Shown here in pieces: positions 55,001 through 64,000 of a stretch of DNA of 64,000 nt. This DNA comes from Chrysomallon squamiferum (lineage: Eukaryota; Animalia; Mollusca). The first letter of the stretch is position 1; each line of letters begins with the position of its first letter. The position numbers and the translations under genes are program-made. The DNA lies in NCBI GenBank assembly GCA_012295275.1, contig CM022676.1:682001-746000 (forward strand). The letters are read 5' to 3'. The notes under the pieces are model-generated. The model worked only from the letters and a program-made list of their open reading frames with translations, made no database searches and was not told the DNA's origin.

Positions 55001-57351
55001 CATATTGCACTAAATTGTAATAATTATAACAGTATAAGTTAACATTCAGAACAGTCGTTTAAAGACTCTTAACTGTATTTTCTATAAATCTTTTTACTGA
55101 ACCACAACTCATATAATATTAGTTTAAAAAAAAACAAATAAAATCAAAATGTGTTTTTCTAAAATAATGATGACATGACTGAAAGTTTGCCATTGTGAAA
55201 CCAAGTTTACCATCATGTAAAAAAAATCCCATCTATTTCAAAACATTTTATTTCAAATTAATTACTGTAAAACACGTGTATAAATGTTTACCTCGTGTTT
55301 TGATTTTGACGATGCACGTTCCCACGTTGTTTTCGTGGTCTGTTGCTGTGTAGACGACGCGCATGTCACGTGACACAATTGTGGAATAGCTCTGGAAGTT
55401 GACTGGATCAACTGACCTGCTTCTGATTAAACCGCTGTTGTCTGATGGGATAGGCTCGGGATACATGGCGGGTGAAAACTGATTGACAGTTACCACGCCT
55501 ACTGGACAACTGTAGAAAAATGGACTTTGCTGGTCTGAAATTTGAAGAAGTCATTTCTTAATGGTTTATTAAGTGTACAATGTACATAATTTAAATATTT
55601 GTTGATACTAAAGTAGAGTCATTTATAAAGTTGCTTTAAATAGTGCATTGTTTCCTTCACAGGTAATTTAATATTTATAGTCAACACGTAAAAAAATATT
55701 TTTTAATTTTTCATTTCAAAAAGAAATATGTGTGTGTAAGAAGTAACAGTGAAGTGAAATGCGCTCACCAGTACAGTCTGGGCGAGTTGCGAGTCTGGTC
55801 TGTGTATGTATGTATGTGTATGTATGTGTGTGTGTGTATGTATGTGTGTGTATGTATGTGTATGTATGTATATGTGTGTGTATGTATGTATGTGTGTATG
55901 TATGTATGTATGTATGTATGTATGTATGTATGTATGTGTATGTGTATGTGTATTTATGTATGTGTATGTATGTATGTGTATGTATGTGTGTATTTATGTA
56001 TGTGTATGTATGTATGTGTATTTATGTATGTGTATTTATGTATGTGTATGTATGTATGTGTATTTATGTATGTGTATGTATGTATGTGTATGTATGTATG
56101 TGTATGTATGTATGTGTATGTATGTATGTATGTATGTATGTATATGTATGTGTATGTATGTATGTGTGTGTATGTATGTATGTATGTATGTGTATGTATG
56201 TATGTGTATGTATGTATGTGTATGTATGTATGTGTATGTATGTGTGTGTGTGTAAGAAGTAACAGTGAAGTGAAATGCGCTCACCAGTACAGTCTGGGCG
56301 AGTTGCATTCCAGCCTAAAGCTTGTTTCTCTGGAAACCAGACACATTTCAGTGGGTAGGGGTTTGTTGGGAGGAACCCATTTCTCTCACACCCGTATCTT
56401 ACCAGCGTGTGTTCTTCATATGTCGTGTATTTCTCATCAAGTTGATAGCCACCAGGGGGCGTGCCAGGATCCAGGCAAGTAGGACCTGACAGAAATGTAT
56501 TATTTTGGCAAAGCTTGCTAATTTCAGTGCAGTAAAAGGTACTGATCCCAAAAACCTAAATAATTCATTTCTATTTTTGCTTTAAAAAATATTAACAGTA
56601 GAGAAATGTTGAATTACAAATGTAATTTAATTGCAAAACATTAGGAGACCAAGAGACTGAGAAAAAAACAGCATCTTTCATGTTACATTATAGTGACATC
56701 AACAACAAGGAATTTTTTATTTTGATATTTCGTAACCGCGCTGAACAAACTGTCACGACGTTGTAGATTGTTATAGAGTTGGACTGGCAATGTACACAAC
56801 TCTACAATACATCTACAACAGATCGTCAACATCATACAAACCAAACACAATAACTTGCTTCAAAATGGCAGCTGACAAGTCAACCATGATAACCAGGCTG
56901 TAAACTGTTTTGTGAAATTATAAACATCGTTTTATTTTCTTACCAGGACACCTCAGATCTCCGAAGTCCCACTTCCCATTTGAACTACAACGTACACTGC
57001 GGTCTCCTGCGCTGCTGTGACCCTCCAGCGTGAACCACGGCGTCCGACACTGGAACGTGAAAGAGCAGTTGTAGGTTGTACACGAGTAGACAAACGTCAA
57101 CGCGCCGTGTTTGGGTTCAGGAACACCGCAGTTTACATCTGTAAAACACAGTATAAATATTCCTTGTAGACTGAGTGTGCGTGATTTTGATTGACTCATC
57201 CTTTCTAGTCTATTATCATAATACTACCAATCAATGTCATCACAGTATTTTCTATAAAGTTTTATATTAAACTAGTTTATTTTAATTAGACATAAATTAT
57301 ACAATTACTTTAAACACACATGTACATGAAAAACTTTCACATACACACTCA

Positions 57352-57404
<53 letters not shown>

Positions 57405-60400
57405 TCGCAACTCGCCCAGACAGTACTGGTGAGAGCATTTTACACGTGTGTGTATGTATATGTGTGCTCTTACCTATTTTAATTATTACTTATAATAATC
57501 ATTATTATTTTTTGTTCTCACCGAAACAGGAGAGGTTTTCAGAAACAGCTTTGTAGCTGTCGGTGTTCCTGTGGTAGACACATCGCCGTTTCGTCGCGTA
57601 GTTTCCCACGCCTGCCAGCGTGCACGTCAGGTCAAAGTAGTCGAGGTAGGGTATCGGGGTTTTAGGCGAAACCTGGGCGATGTTCGCCGTGTTCTGCCGC
57701 GGCACCAGGGCCGGGCACTGGGCAGCTGAAACAAACATCTTCATTAACAACATTACATACATCGAGATCAGAAGTAATCTGAAAGTCATTCAAGGTCTCA
57801 TTTTAGTAAAATTCAGGAACTCAAATGTTACAACTTTTTACAGCAATTGCTGTAACATGTAATATTAACCTGAAAATGGTGTAAAAACATTGGACTTAAT
57901 GAGGTAAAAAGATTTTATTTTATCTGACAAAATTATAAGAATATCCAAAGTTATATAATTACAACAATTCAAGTATAATTCATAACCTTAAACAAATAAT
58001 TTCTAAGTTTAGAGATATTCTAGCAGCTGTAAGACGATGAAGAGATTTGAGTTCACTCTACACGTCATCATTTCTTACAAACACAGGTCGGCGGGGACCC
58101 GATCCACCGTCCGTCCGCACACGTCATCGTGTCGACACCGTGCGCCACGTAGCCGACGTCACACAGGTACGTGATCTTCTCACCGGACGAAAACTTCTTA
58201 CTTGAAGTCAAAGCGTAACCGTTAGGAACTGTGAGCACTGGAGCGGAACATGACACTCCTAAAAGTTTAAAACATTCCATACAAATAGTTACCAGTTTAA
58301 TGAATGTCAGAATAAAGTTGTTTCATTTAATTTCTTCTTTTTTTTTAAATCAGTTTATAACTGTTAGGTTTAAATGGCGAATGATTTAGCATGTAAGCAT
58401 ATGCAATTTATAAATAATTCATTAAGTAATAAACATAATTTAAAAAGCTTGTTGATAATAATAATCTTATAATTAACATTTAAACAAACTCTGTAATGAA
58501 CTACAAGCAGCACTCACTGACACAGGAGTGGTTGGCGCGGTGTGTTTTAAACGGGTCTAGGTCACCGAGGCTGACTTCGCCCCGGTATAACACGTAGTTC
58601 TGTTTACACGAACACTCGTAACTTCCGGGCGAGTTGAAACAGAAATGATCACAGCCGCCTTTGTTTACAGCACACTCGTCAACGTCTAAGGAACAAAACA
58701 ACAACAAGTTTTCTTACAGTTCTTGCATGTTCCTCCGTATACACACGTTGACATATCAGTTGTGCAGTACTTTTCAAATGGTAAAATAAGGAAACTCATA
58801 CTAAAATGTATTTAAATCAAGAAACTGAGGTTGAAAATGTACAACATCTTTTATTGATATAACTTGAATAATTTAAACTAGAACATGTAACACTGAACTT
58901 CATCACAAAATTTTAAATTTTATTGTTAAAAATTGTAAAATTACTTTATCAATCTGCTGTGCTCTGTGATGACAGTACAACTGTAAACAAGCGGTCACTA
59001 CGTACCTATACACTTGCGAGAGTCGTAACTAGCAACTTTGTAACCTGCACGACAAGAACAGACAAAACTTCCAACTGTGTCCTTACACACGTGATCACAG
59101 CCCGCCACGTGACTCACACATTCATCTACGTCTGAAAATAGTAATAATAATAATAACAGTAACAGTTATAGTAGTAACAGTAACAGTTATAGTAATAATA
59201 GTAACAGTTATAGTAATATAACAGTTATAGTAATAACAGTAACAGTTATAGTAATAACAGTAACAGTTATAGTAATAACAGTAACAGTTATAGTAATAAT
59301 AGTAACAGTTATAGTAATAACAGTAACAGTTATAGTAATAACAGTAACTATAATGATGATGATGATGATGAAGTTTGCACGACAGGTGAAAAGAAGCCGC
59401 TGACTGATGACTTACTGACGCACTCCCCGGGTCTGTCCAGTCCACACTGGAAGTTCTGTTTACCAACCACGTTGAACCCGCTGTTACAGATCAGCGTCAG
59501 CGTGTCGCCCACGTGGAGCTGCACGTGCTGGGAGACTGTTCCGTTTGCTACGTAGGGGACAGCGCACCTCCTCTCTAAAATAAAAAATATTTATAGTGAG
59601 ACAGACAGACAGACAGACAAAACACACTACAACAGAGAGAGCCAGTGACAAAGATAAAAGAAATGAAAGAGGAAATGTGCTACTGACGTAGTAATAGTAG
59701 CAGGACAACACATATCACAGCTTTTGAAAAAGAGGGTGAAAACTGGTACATGCACTGATGTGACAAGTCTTACTCAGACACGACGGCACCGACTGTGACC
59801 AGCTGCCACTGGAACACACCAACGTGGCAACTCCAGCAACCTCATACCCACTGCTACACTGAAAGCGCACCACAGACCCTTCATCATAGCCATTTCCGTT
59901 CAGGACAACGTAGTGGCCGTTGTTGACGGAATGAAGTGCAGGACATCGCCGTGCTGAAAGATGAATATTGATACTTGTGTCACAGCAAGAAAAACAGGAA
60001 AAACAGCACTTTATAAATAAAGAAAACAGTTTGTATTAGTTCAGTACAGGTTTGTACACACTTGCCTTTTGCAGTAAAACTGTTCTGTCATAAATTACCA
60101 GTACGTGATATGTAAAGTTACTTTTAGATGAAGATATGCAGTTATCTGTATAATCCACCCAGATGCTTTATATTAGTTATTTGAAATAAAATGCTTATCT
60201 TCTCTTAACATTTTAATAACTTTATAAGACAAATATTAAAGTACATGAAAATCTGCTTATCAGGATCAGTAATATGAACATTCAGATGTGTATACCTCTA
60301 CATGAAATTGTGTACTACAGGTGCATGAAGGTGTGTATTACTGTACATGAAATTGTGTATTATATGTGCATGAAGGTGTGTATACCTCTACATGAAATTG

Positions 60401-61399
60401 TGTACTACAGGTGCATGAAGGTGTGTATTACTGTACATGAAATTGTGTATTATATGTGCATGAAGGTGTGTATACCTCTACATGAAATTGTGTACTACAG
60501 GTGCATGAAGGTGTGTATACCTCTACATGAAATTGTGTACTACAGGTGCATGAAGGTGTGTATACCTCTACATGAAATTGTGTACTACAGGTGCATGAAG
60601 GTGTGTATTACTGTACATGAAATTGTGTATTATATGTGCATGAAGGTGTGTATACCTCTACATGAAATTGTGTACTACAGGTGCATGAAGGTGTGTATTA
60701 CTGTACATGAAATTGTGTACTACAGGTGCATGAAGGTGTGTATTACTGTACATGAAGATGTGTATTACATACATATATGAAGTGTATTACATATATATAA
60801 AGATGTGTATTACATATATATATATGAAGGTGCATATTACATATATATGTGGTGTGTATTACATATATATGTGGTGTGTATTACATATATATGTGGTGTG
60901 TATTACATATATATGTGGTGTGTATTACATATATATGTGGTGTGTATTACATATATATGTGGTGCGTATTACCTGTGCATGAAGGTGGTGTACCCCACTC
61001 AGCTGTACTGAGGCAGGTAATAGTCGAGGATGATGACGTCAGAGTGTATCCAGTTTTACAGGTGTAGCTGGCAGTGTCACCAGAATACAGTCCCGATGTA
61101 GGTAACAGGTAAGCGTTTTCTACAGCAGGCGGCAATCCACAGAACACACCTGATAAACAAAGTAATTAATTAATAAACTCACTGTGTGCATAATTATATA
61201 AGAAATTTCAGAAATATAACAACTTAATTAGGTTTCCCTTATTATGTCTATCTTTATTTTTTCAATTAATATAAAATATTGTGGTAAACAGGCAGAGTAA
61301 GAAAGACTGACAGACAGGCTAGTAATTGAATTCACCAGAAAAAACTGTACAGGATAAATCAGGGATTTAAAAAGGATCTTGTAATTCACTCTTGTATAA

Positions 61400-61430
<31 letters not shown>

Positions 61431-64000
61431 GAGAAAGAAATCAGTTTATAGTAATTATTTGTTCAGTGTGTGTAAAATTAAAATATTATGATATAAAAAG
61501 TAAAATTACGTGAACAAGTAGGTATCGGGTTTTTATCCCACTTCCCGCCGAGCAGACAGGTCAGTTTTAATGTCGACTGTAGATGCATTGATTTTGTTGT
61601 AAACCTGTAGTTGTTGATACATGATATTGTAACAGCGTCGCCGACGTAACGACTGTACGGGTTTGGCTCTGTTTTCAAAGTTGCGTCTTCAATCAGAGGA
61701 CAGCCTGGAAAGAGATGAAATATTTGACCTAGAGAACACTCTACACCTCTCAGATCTATGTTAACTACAGAACACTCTACACCTCTCAGATCTGTGTTAA
61801 CTACAGAACACTCTACACCTCTCAGATCTGTGTTAACTACAGAACACTCTACACCTCTCAGATCTATGTTAACTACAGAACACTCTACACCTCTCAGATC
61901 TATGTTAACTACAGAACACTCTACACCTCTCAGATCTGTGTTAACTATAGAACACTCTACACCTCTCAGATCTATGTTAACTACAGAACACTCTACACCT
62001 CTCAGATCTATGTTAACTACAGAACACTCTACACCTCTCAGATCTGTGTTAACTACAGAACACTCTACACCTCTCACATCTGTGTTAACTACAGAACACT
62101 CTACACCTCTCACATCTGTGTTAACTACAGAACACTCTACACCTCTCAGATCTATTTAACTACAGAACACTCTACACCTCTCACATCTGTGTTAACTACA
62201 GAACACTCTACACCTCTCACATCTGTGTTAACTATAGAACACTCTACACCTCTCAGATCTATGTTAACTATAGAACACTCTACACCTCTCAGATCTATTT
62301 AACTATAGAACACTCTACACCTCTCAGATCTATTTAACTACAGAACACTCTACACCTCTCAGATCTATGTTAACTACAGAACACTCTACACCTCTCACAT
62401 CTATGTTAACTACAGAACACTCTACACCTCTCACATCTATTTAACTACAGAACACTCTACACCTCTCAGATCTATTTAACTACAGAACACTCTACACCTC
62501 TTAAATCTATTTAACTACAGAACACTCTACACCTCTTAAATCTATATTTACTATCACACTATATATTATTATGGCCACAGTTTACATAGATAATCAGACA
62601 AGAAGGCTCCAAACCACAGCTTATGATAAATTCTTTACTGCTTAGCAGAAACTGATTCTTTATATAAACCCTCCCATTGTCAGGAATATAGAACATATAT
62701 TTATAAAAAAAATAAAACAGTAAGACAGATGATATCGTTCATCCAGAGGTACAGCTAAATAAATCAATTTTGTTTTCTAAAATATATATATATTTTTAAA
62801 AAATTAAAAATTACTATTAGAGAATGATTCATATTCATAATTATATTAAACGTTGTTAATAAATCATTACAATGATACTTATAGACAAACTAACAATGTA
62901 AAAAGTAAGCAGTTAAAAATACAATTTAAAAACACTCAATGTACACACCAGCAGAAAACGTGGCTCGGAATCCTCGTGCTGTGCCCACTGCACTTGTCTT
63001 GAAGTGAACGAACAATTCCCCAGTTTTAGAATCAACTGGCTGCGGGAGAGCATTTCCAGTGAATCCTTTACCCGAGAAGAGTGGTGCCCCGTACGTGTTA
63101 CTTCCCTGAAATACCTACAAGCAGCACAAACACCATGTTAACTAATTATATTACAGTGTTACTTCCCTGAAATACCTACAAGCAGCACAAACACCATGTT
63201 AACTAATTATATTACAGTGTTACTTCCCTGAAATACCTACAAGCAGCACAAACACCATGTTAACTAATTATATTACAGTGTTACTTCCCTGAAATACTAC
63301 AAGAAACCAGATTTTAAGTCACATTCATATGTAAACTTTGATCCATGTTTTCATGTTTTAAATACTTTTCAATTCCTGAGTATTTTTTTAAATAATTCAA
63401 CAAAAATAAGCAAACCTGCAGAAAGTCATTTTTTTCAATGGCGAACGGAGGACTGAATGTCAGTCTGACAGGAGAGTTGTTAGGGGAGGTAAGGTGCCAG
63501 GTACAAACTAGGATGCTGGGATACGATCCAGAAGAGTAACCAGGGGAGGTAATTATTCCTGATGGGTTTGATGAAGAATAAGTACAACCTTGAAAATAGA
63601 AAGAAAATGTTTTCTGTATCACTAACATAAAAATACAATAAATATGTAACGATAATAGTTTAATTAAATGTTTTATATCAGTTCTATGTCGCCCAAGAAA
63701 GTAATTACAAATGCATACATTAATATTAAATTGAGTTAAACCTTTGCTGGAAATCAGTACAGTATTTATTATGATGATTAACTGTCTTTTTATTTAAAAA
63801 AGAAAACTATTACATAATCAAGTTCCTTAAGCAAAGTGATTCATTTTGCTAGCACTAATATTTACTTCAATTTGTTTCCTTTAATTTATAATCCATGAAT
63901 TATATTTTATAAAAGAAATATTAAAAGACAAATTACTGTGAACAAAACTGTATTTTTGTCAGCACGTGTACACCTACCCGCTCTGTACAGTAACAGAAAG
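23511..64000 (-). CDS. Large single-pass CUB/sushi(CCP)/EGF/HYR/GCC2-GCC3/pentraxin-LamG membrane protein, Uninflatable/SVEP1-like; 5' part outside window
   Basis: About 46 GT-AG exons on minus: >64000-63978, 63588-63416, 63105-62949 (CUB), 61704-61510, 61149-60973, 59953-59774, 59574-59416, 59131-59006 (sushi/EGF), 58685-58518 (cbEGF), 58258-58079, 57725-57522, 57138-56944, 56485-56285 (sushi), 55534-55292, 54805-54551 (HYR), 51876-51685, 51324-51092, 50415-50166, 49734-49570, 49298-49143, 48150-47983 (GCC repeats), 47500-47411, 45500-45384, 44997-44859, 44296-44160, 43782-43564, 43029-42793, 41988-41861, 41321-41128, 39988-39858, 39246-39133, 38818-38678 (EGF array), 38395-38227, 37769-37530, 36906-36619 (pentraxin/LamG), 36137-36006, 35725-35630 (HYR), 35463-35263, 34782-34545, 33027-32851, 32279-32118 (GCC), 28822-28784, 27212-27075 (TM), 26434-26374, 25829-25689, 23868-23511 (stop). 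Confidence 0.88.
25985..26382 (-). repeat. Degenerate ~24-bp minisatellite containing the donor of exon 26434-26374
   Basis: Plus-strand unit TTTACCTGTCAACACTGTGTTATA, which reads TGTTGACAG|GTAAA on minus; ~16 diverged copies. Confidence 0.8.
26860..27000. repeat. ~33-bp T-rich minisatellite
   Basis: TTCTATGTTTAGTTTCAGTATTTTCTGTTATT repeated ~4 times, with degenerate copies upstream to ~26650. Confidence 0.75.
27075..27212 (-). CDS. Transmembrane-helix exon of the Uif/SVEP1-like gene
   Basis: Reads ..[34 protein letters not shown]; hydrophobic stretch followed by CCC and charged residues; AG and GTAAGT boundaries. Confidence 0.85.
27640..28428. repeat. Intronic minisatellite with higher-order ~202-bp periodicity
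   Basis: Variant 26-34-bp units CAGTGACACTGATCAGT(CAGT)CCTGTGTTAA(CAC)AAA; identical ORF starts at 27846, 28048 and 28250 show a 202-bp super-period. Confidence 0.9.
29545..29670. repeat. (TTA)n microsatellite
   Basis: Direct reading; encodes the spurious poly-Asn ORF. Confidence 0.9.
30520..30980. repeat. 17-bp minisatellite
   Basis: ATCACAGTGTCTGC(A/T)CT units, ~27 copies; source of the spurious Cys/Ser-rich ORFs. Confidence 0.9.
38124..38221. repeat. 26-bp x~4 repeat abutting the donor of exon 38395-38227
   Basis: GTCA(G/T)ATAATACAGATGTTAAGTAAT units end ~4 nt from the donor. Confidence 0.8.
38865..39105. repeat. (CA)n/(GA)n compound microsatellite
   Basis: Direct reading; similar CA tracts at ~3498, 33499, 35115, 43877 and 57353. 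Confidence 0.9.
39983..40768 (-). repeat. 49-bp x~16 minisatellite containing a splice acceptor
   Basis: Unit TTACA(C/G)CTGTCACAACACAAAGTGTTAATCAGACAGACAGAAACTGAGG; the first copy holds the acceptor (39989-39990) and 6 exonic nt. Confidence 0.92.
42215..42765. repeat. ~29-bp x~19 minisatellite ending ~27 nt from the donor of exon 43029-42793
   Basis: CATGATGTAAATCTGTATACCCAGTAAAA units. Confidence 0.9.
44495..44848. repeat. ~22-bp AT-rich minisatellite abutting the donor of exon 44997-44859
   Basis: TTATAAATATTTAAAG(C)TGTA(A/T) units, ~16 copies. Confidence 0.85.
45491..46680 (-). repeat. 45-bp x~26 minisatellite containing a splice acceptor plus 10 exonic nt
   Basis: Unit CCAGTGTGAA|CTGAAACAACAGCAGACACACTTAAACATCTACAT; real acceptor at 45501-45502. 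Confidence 0.93.
47037..47198. mobile_element. Degenerate Tc1/pogo-type MITE
   Basis: TA|CAGTCAAACCTGTATATAACAGCC at the left end and imperfect inverted copy GGCTGCTATAGACAGGTGACTG at ~47177-47198; inserted in a TA run. Confidence 0.5.
48143..48430 (-). repeat. 20/27-bp variant minisatellite containing a splice acceptor
   Basis: ACACTGCA|CTGAAATGTACATCAAAT and ACACATCACTGAAATCAAAT units; real acceptor at 48151-48152. Confidence 0.88.
48918..49110. repeat. ~40-bp x~5 repeat ending ~30 nt from the donor of exon 49298-49143
   Basis: TTTTAAATAAAGT(G/A)TTTTTCACATAAAGATCTAA units. Confidence 0.8.
52009..52087. repeat. (AG)n microsatellite
   Basis: Direct reading. Confidence 0.95.
52095..52930 (+). 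mobile_element. Probable Mutator-like (MULE/FLYWCH) transposon remnant
   Basis: ORF 52473..52706 reads [19 protein letters not shown]...[12 protein letters not shown], resembling a FLYWCH zinc finger, antisense to the host gene. Possible imperfect terminal inverted match ATAGCCATCAATTT (~52096) with AAGTTGATGACTAT (~52916), 12/14. Confidence 0.5.
53049..53300. repeat. 25-bp x10 minisatellite
   Basis: AAAACTCATAAAACAAAGTAAA(T/C)AG units. Confidence 0.9.
53565..54558 (-). repeat. 29-bp x~34 minisatellite containing a splice donor plus 8 exonic nt
   Basis: Unit TTAC|CTGT(G/A)ACAAGTATATGTATGATGT(T/G), which reads TGTCACAG|GTAA on minus; real donor at 54549-54550. Confidence 0.93.
55730..56308 (-). 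repeat. ~60-bp direct duplication of an exon end plus donor, separated by a ~450-bp (TATG/TG)n microsatellite
   Basis: GTGTGTAAGAAGTAACAGTGAAGTGAAATGCGCTCAC|CAGTACAGTCTGGGCGAGTTGC occurs at ~55732-55790 and ~56248-56307. Confidence 0.9.
59140..59352. repeat. 21-bp minisatellite abutting the acceptor of exon 59131-59006
   Basis: AGTAATAACAGTAACAGTTAT units. Confidence 0.8.
60287..60987 (-). repeat. Compound 45-bp and 22-bp minisatellites derived from the exon 61149-60973 donor region
   Basis: The 45-bp unit contains exon-end GTGCATGAAGGTG. The 22-bp unit ATATATATGTGGTGTGTATTAC ends in the donor hexamer (GTAATAC on minus) and abuts the real donor at 60971-60972. Confidence 0.82.
61732..62545. 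repeat. 36-bp x~22 minisatellite starting ~26 nt from the acceptor of exon 61704-61510
   Basis: AGAACACTCTACACCTCTCAGATCT(A/G)TGTTAACTAC units. Confidence 0.92.
63095..63301 (-). repeat. 61-bp x3.4 repeat containing a splice acceptor plus 11 exonic nt
   Basis: GTGTTACTTCC|CTGAAATACCTACAAGCAGCACAAACACCATGTTAACTAATTATATTACA at 63095, 63156, 63217, 63278; real acceptor at 63106-63107. Confidence 0.92.

Noticed and set aside
55730-56482. 250-aa CVCMYV-type ORFs and similar CVCV/HTHT ORFs elsewhere
   Set aside because: Translations of (TATG)n and (CA)n microsatellites.
39983-63301. Regularly spaced 29-61-bp repeats as CRISPR-like arrays
   Set aside because: Units are head-to-tail with no unique spacers, there are no cas genes, and the context is eukaryotic introns.

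Overview
AT-rich, intron-dense animal genomic DNA, most consistent with a spiralian such as a mollusc (inferred from composition and gene content). It holds three spliced genes. (1) A PROSER3-like gene on + (CDS 255-10175, 12 coding exons) whose last intron carries a 2.1-kb Buster/Charlie-type hAT transposon with TIRs and an 8-bp TSD. (2) An orphan nuclear receptor on - (13900-18191, NR7/NR8-like) with a CpG-rich promoter near 19.3-19.6 kb. (3) The 3' ~40 kb of a very large CUB/sushi/HYR/GCC/EGF/pentraxin single-pass membrane protein gene on - (Uninflatable/SVEP1-like, 23511 to beyond 64000). The most striking unexplained pattern is that unrelated minisatellites and duplications (units ~20-61 bp) sit again and again exactly on exon-intron junctions. 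About 12 copy the splice donor or acceptor, usually with a few exonic bases, into the intron, giving up to ~34 decoy splice sites, several as AG|GT. About 6 more start within ~35 nt of a junction. Most long ORFs in the supplied track are microsatellite or minisatellite artefacts. Exon coordinates were read by eye from GT/AG and phase consistency and need RNA-seq confirmation.
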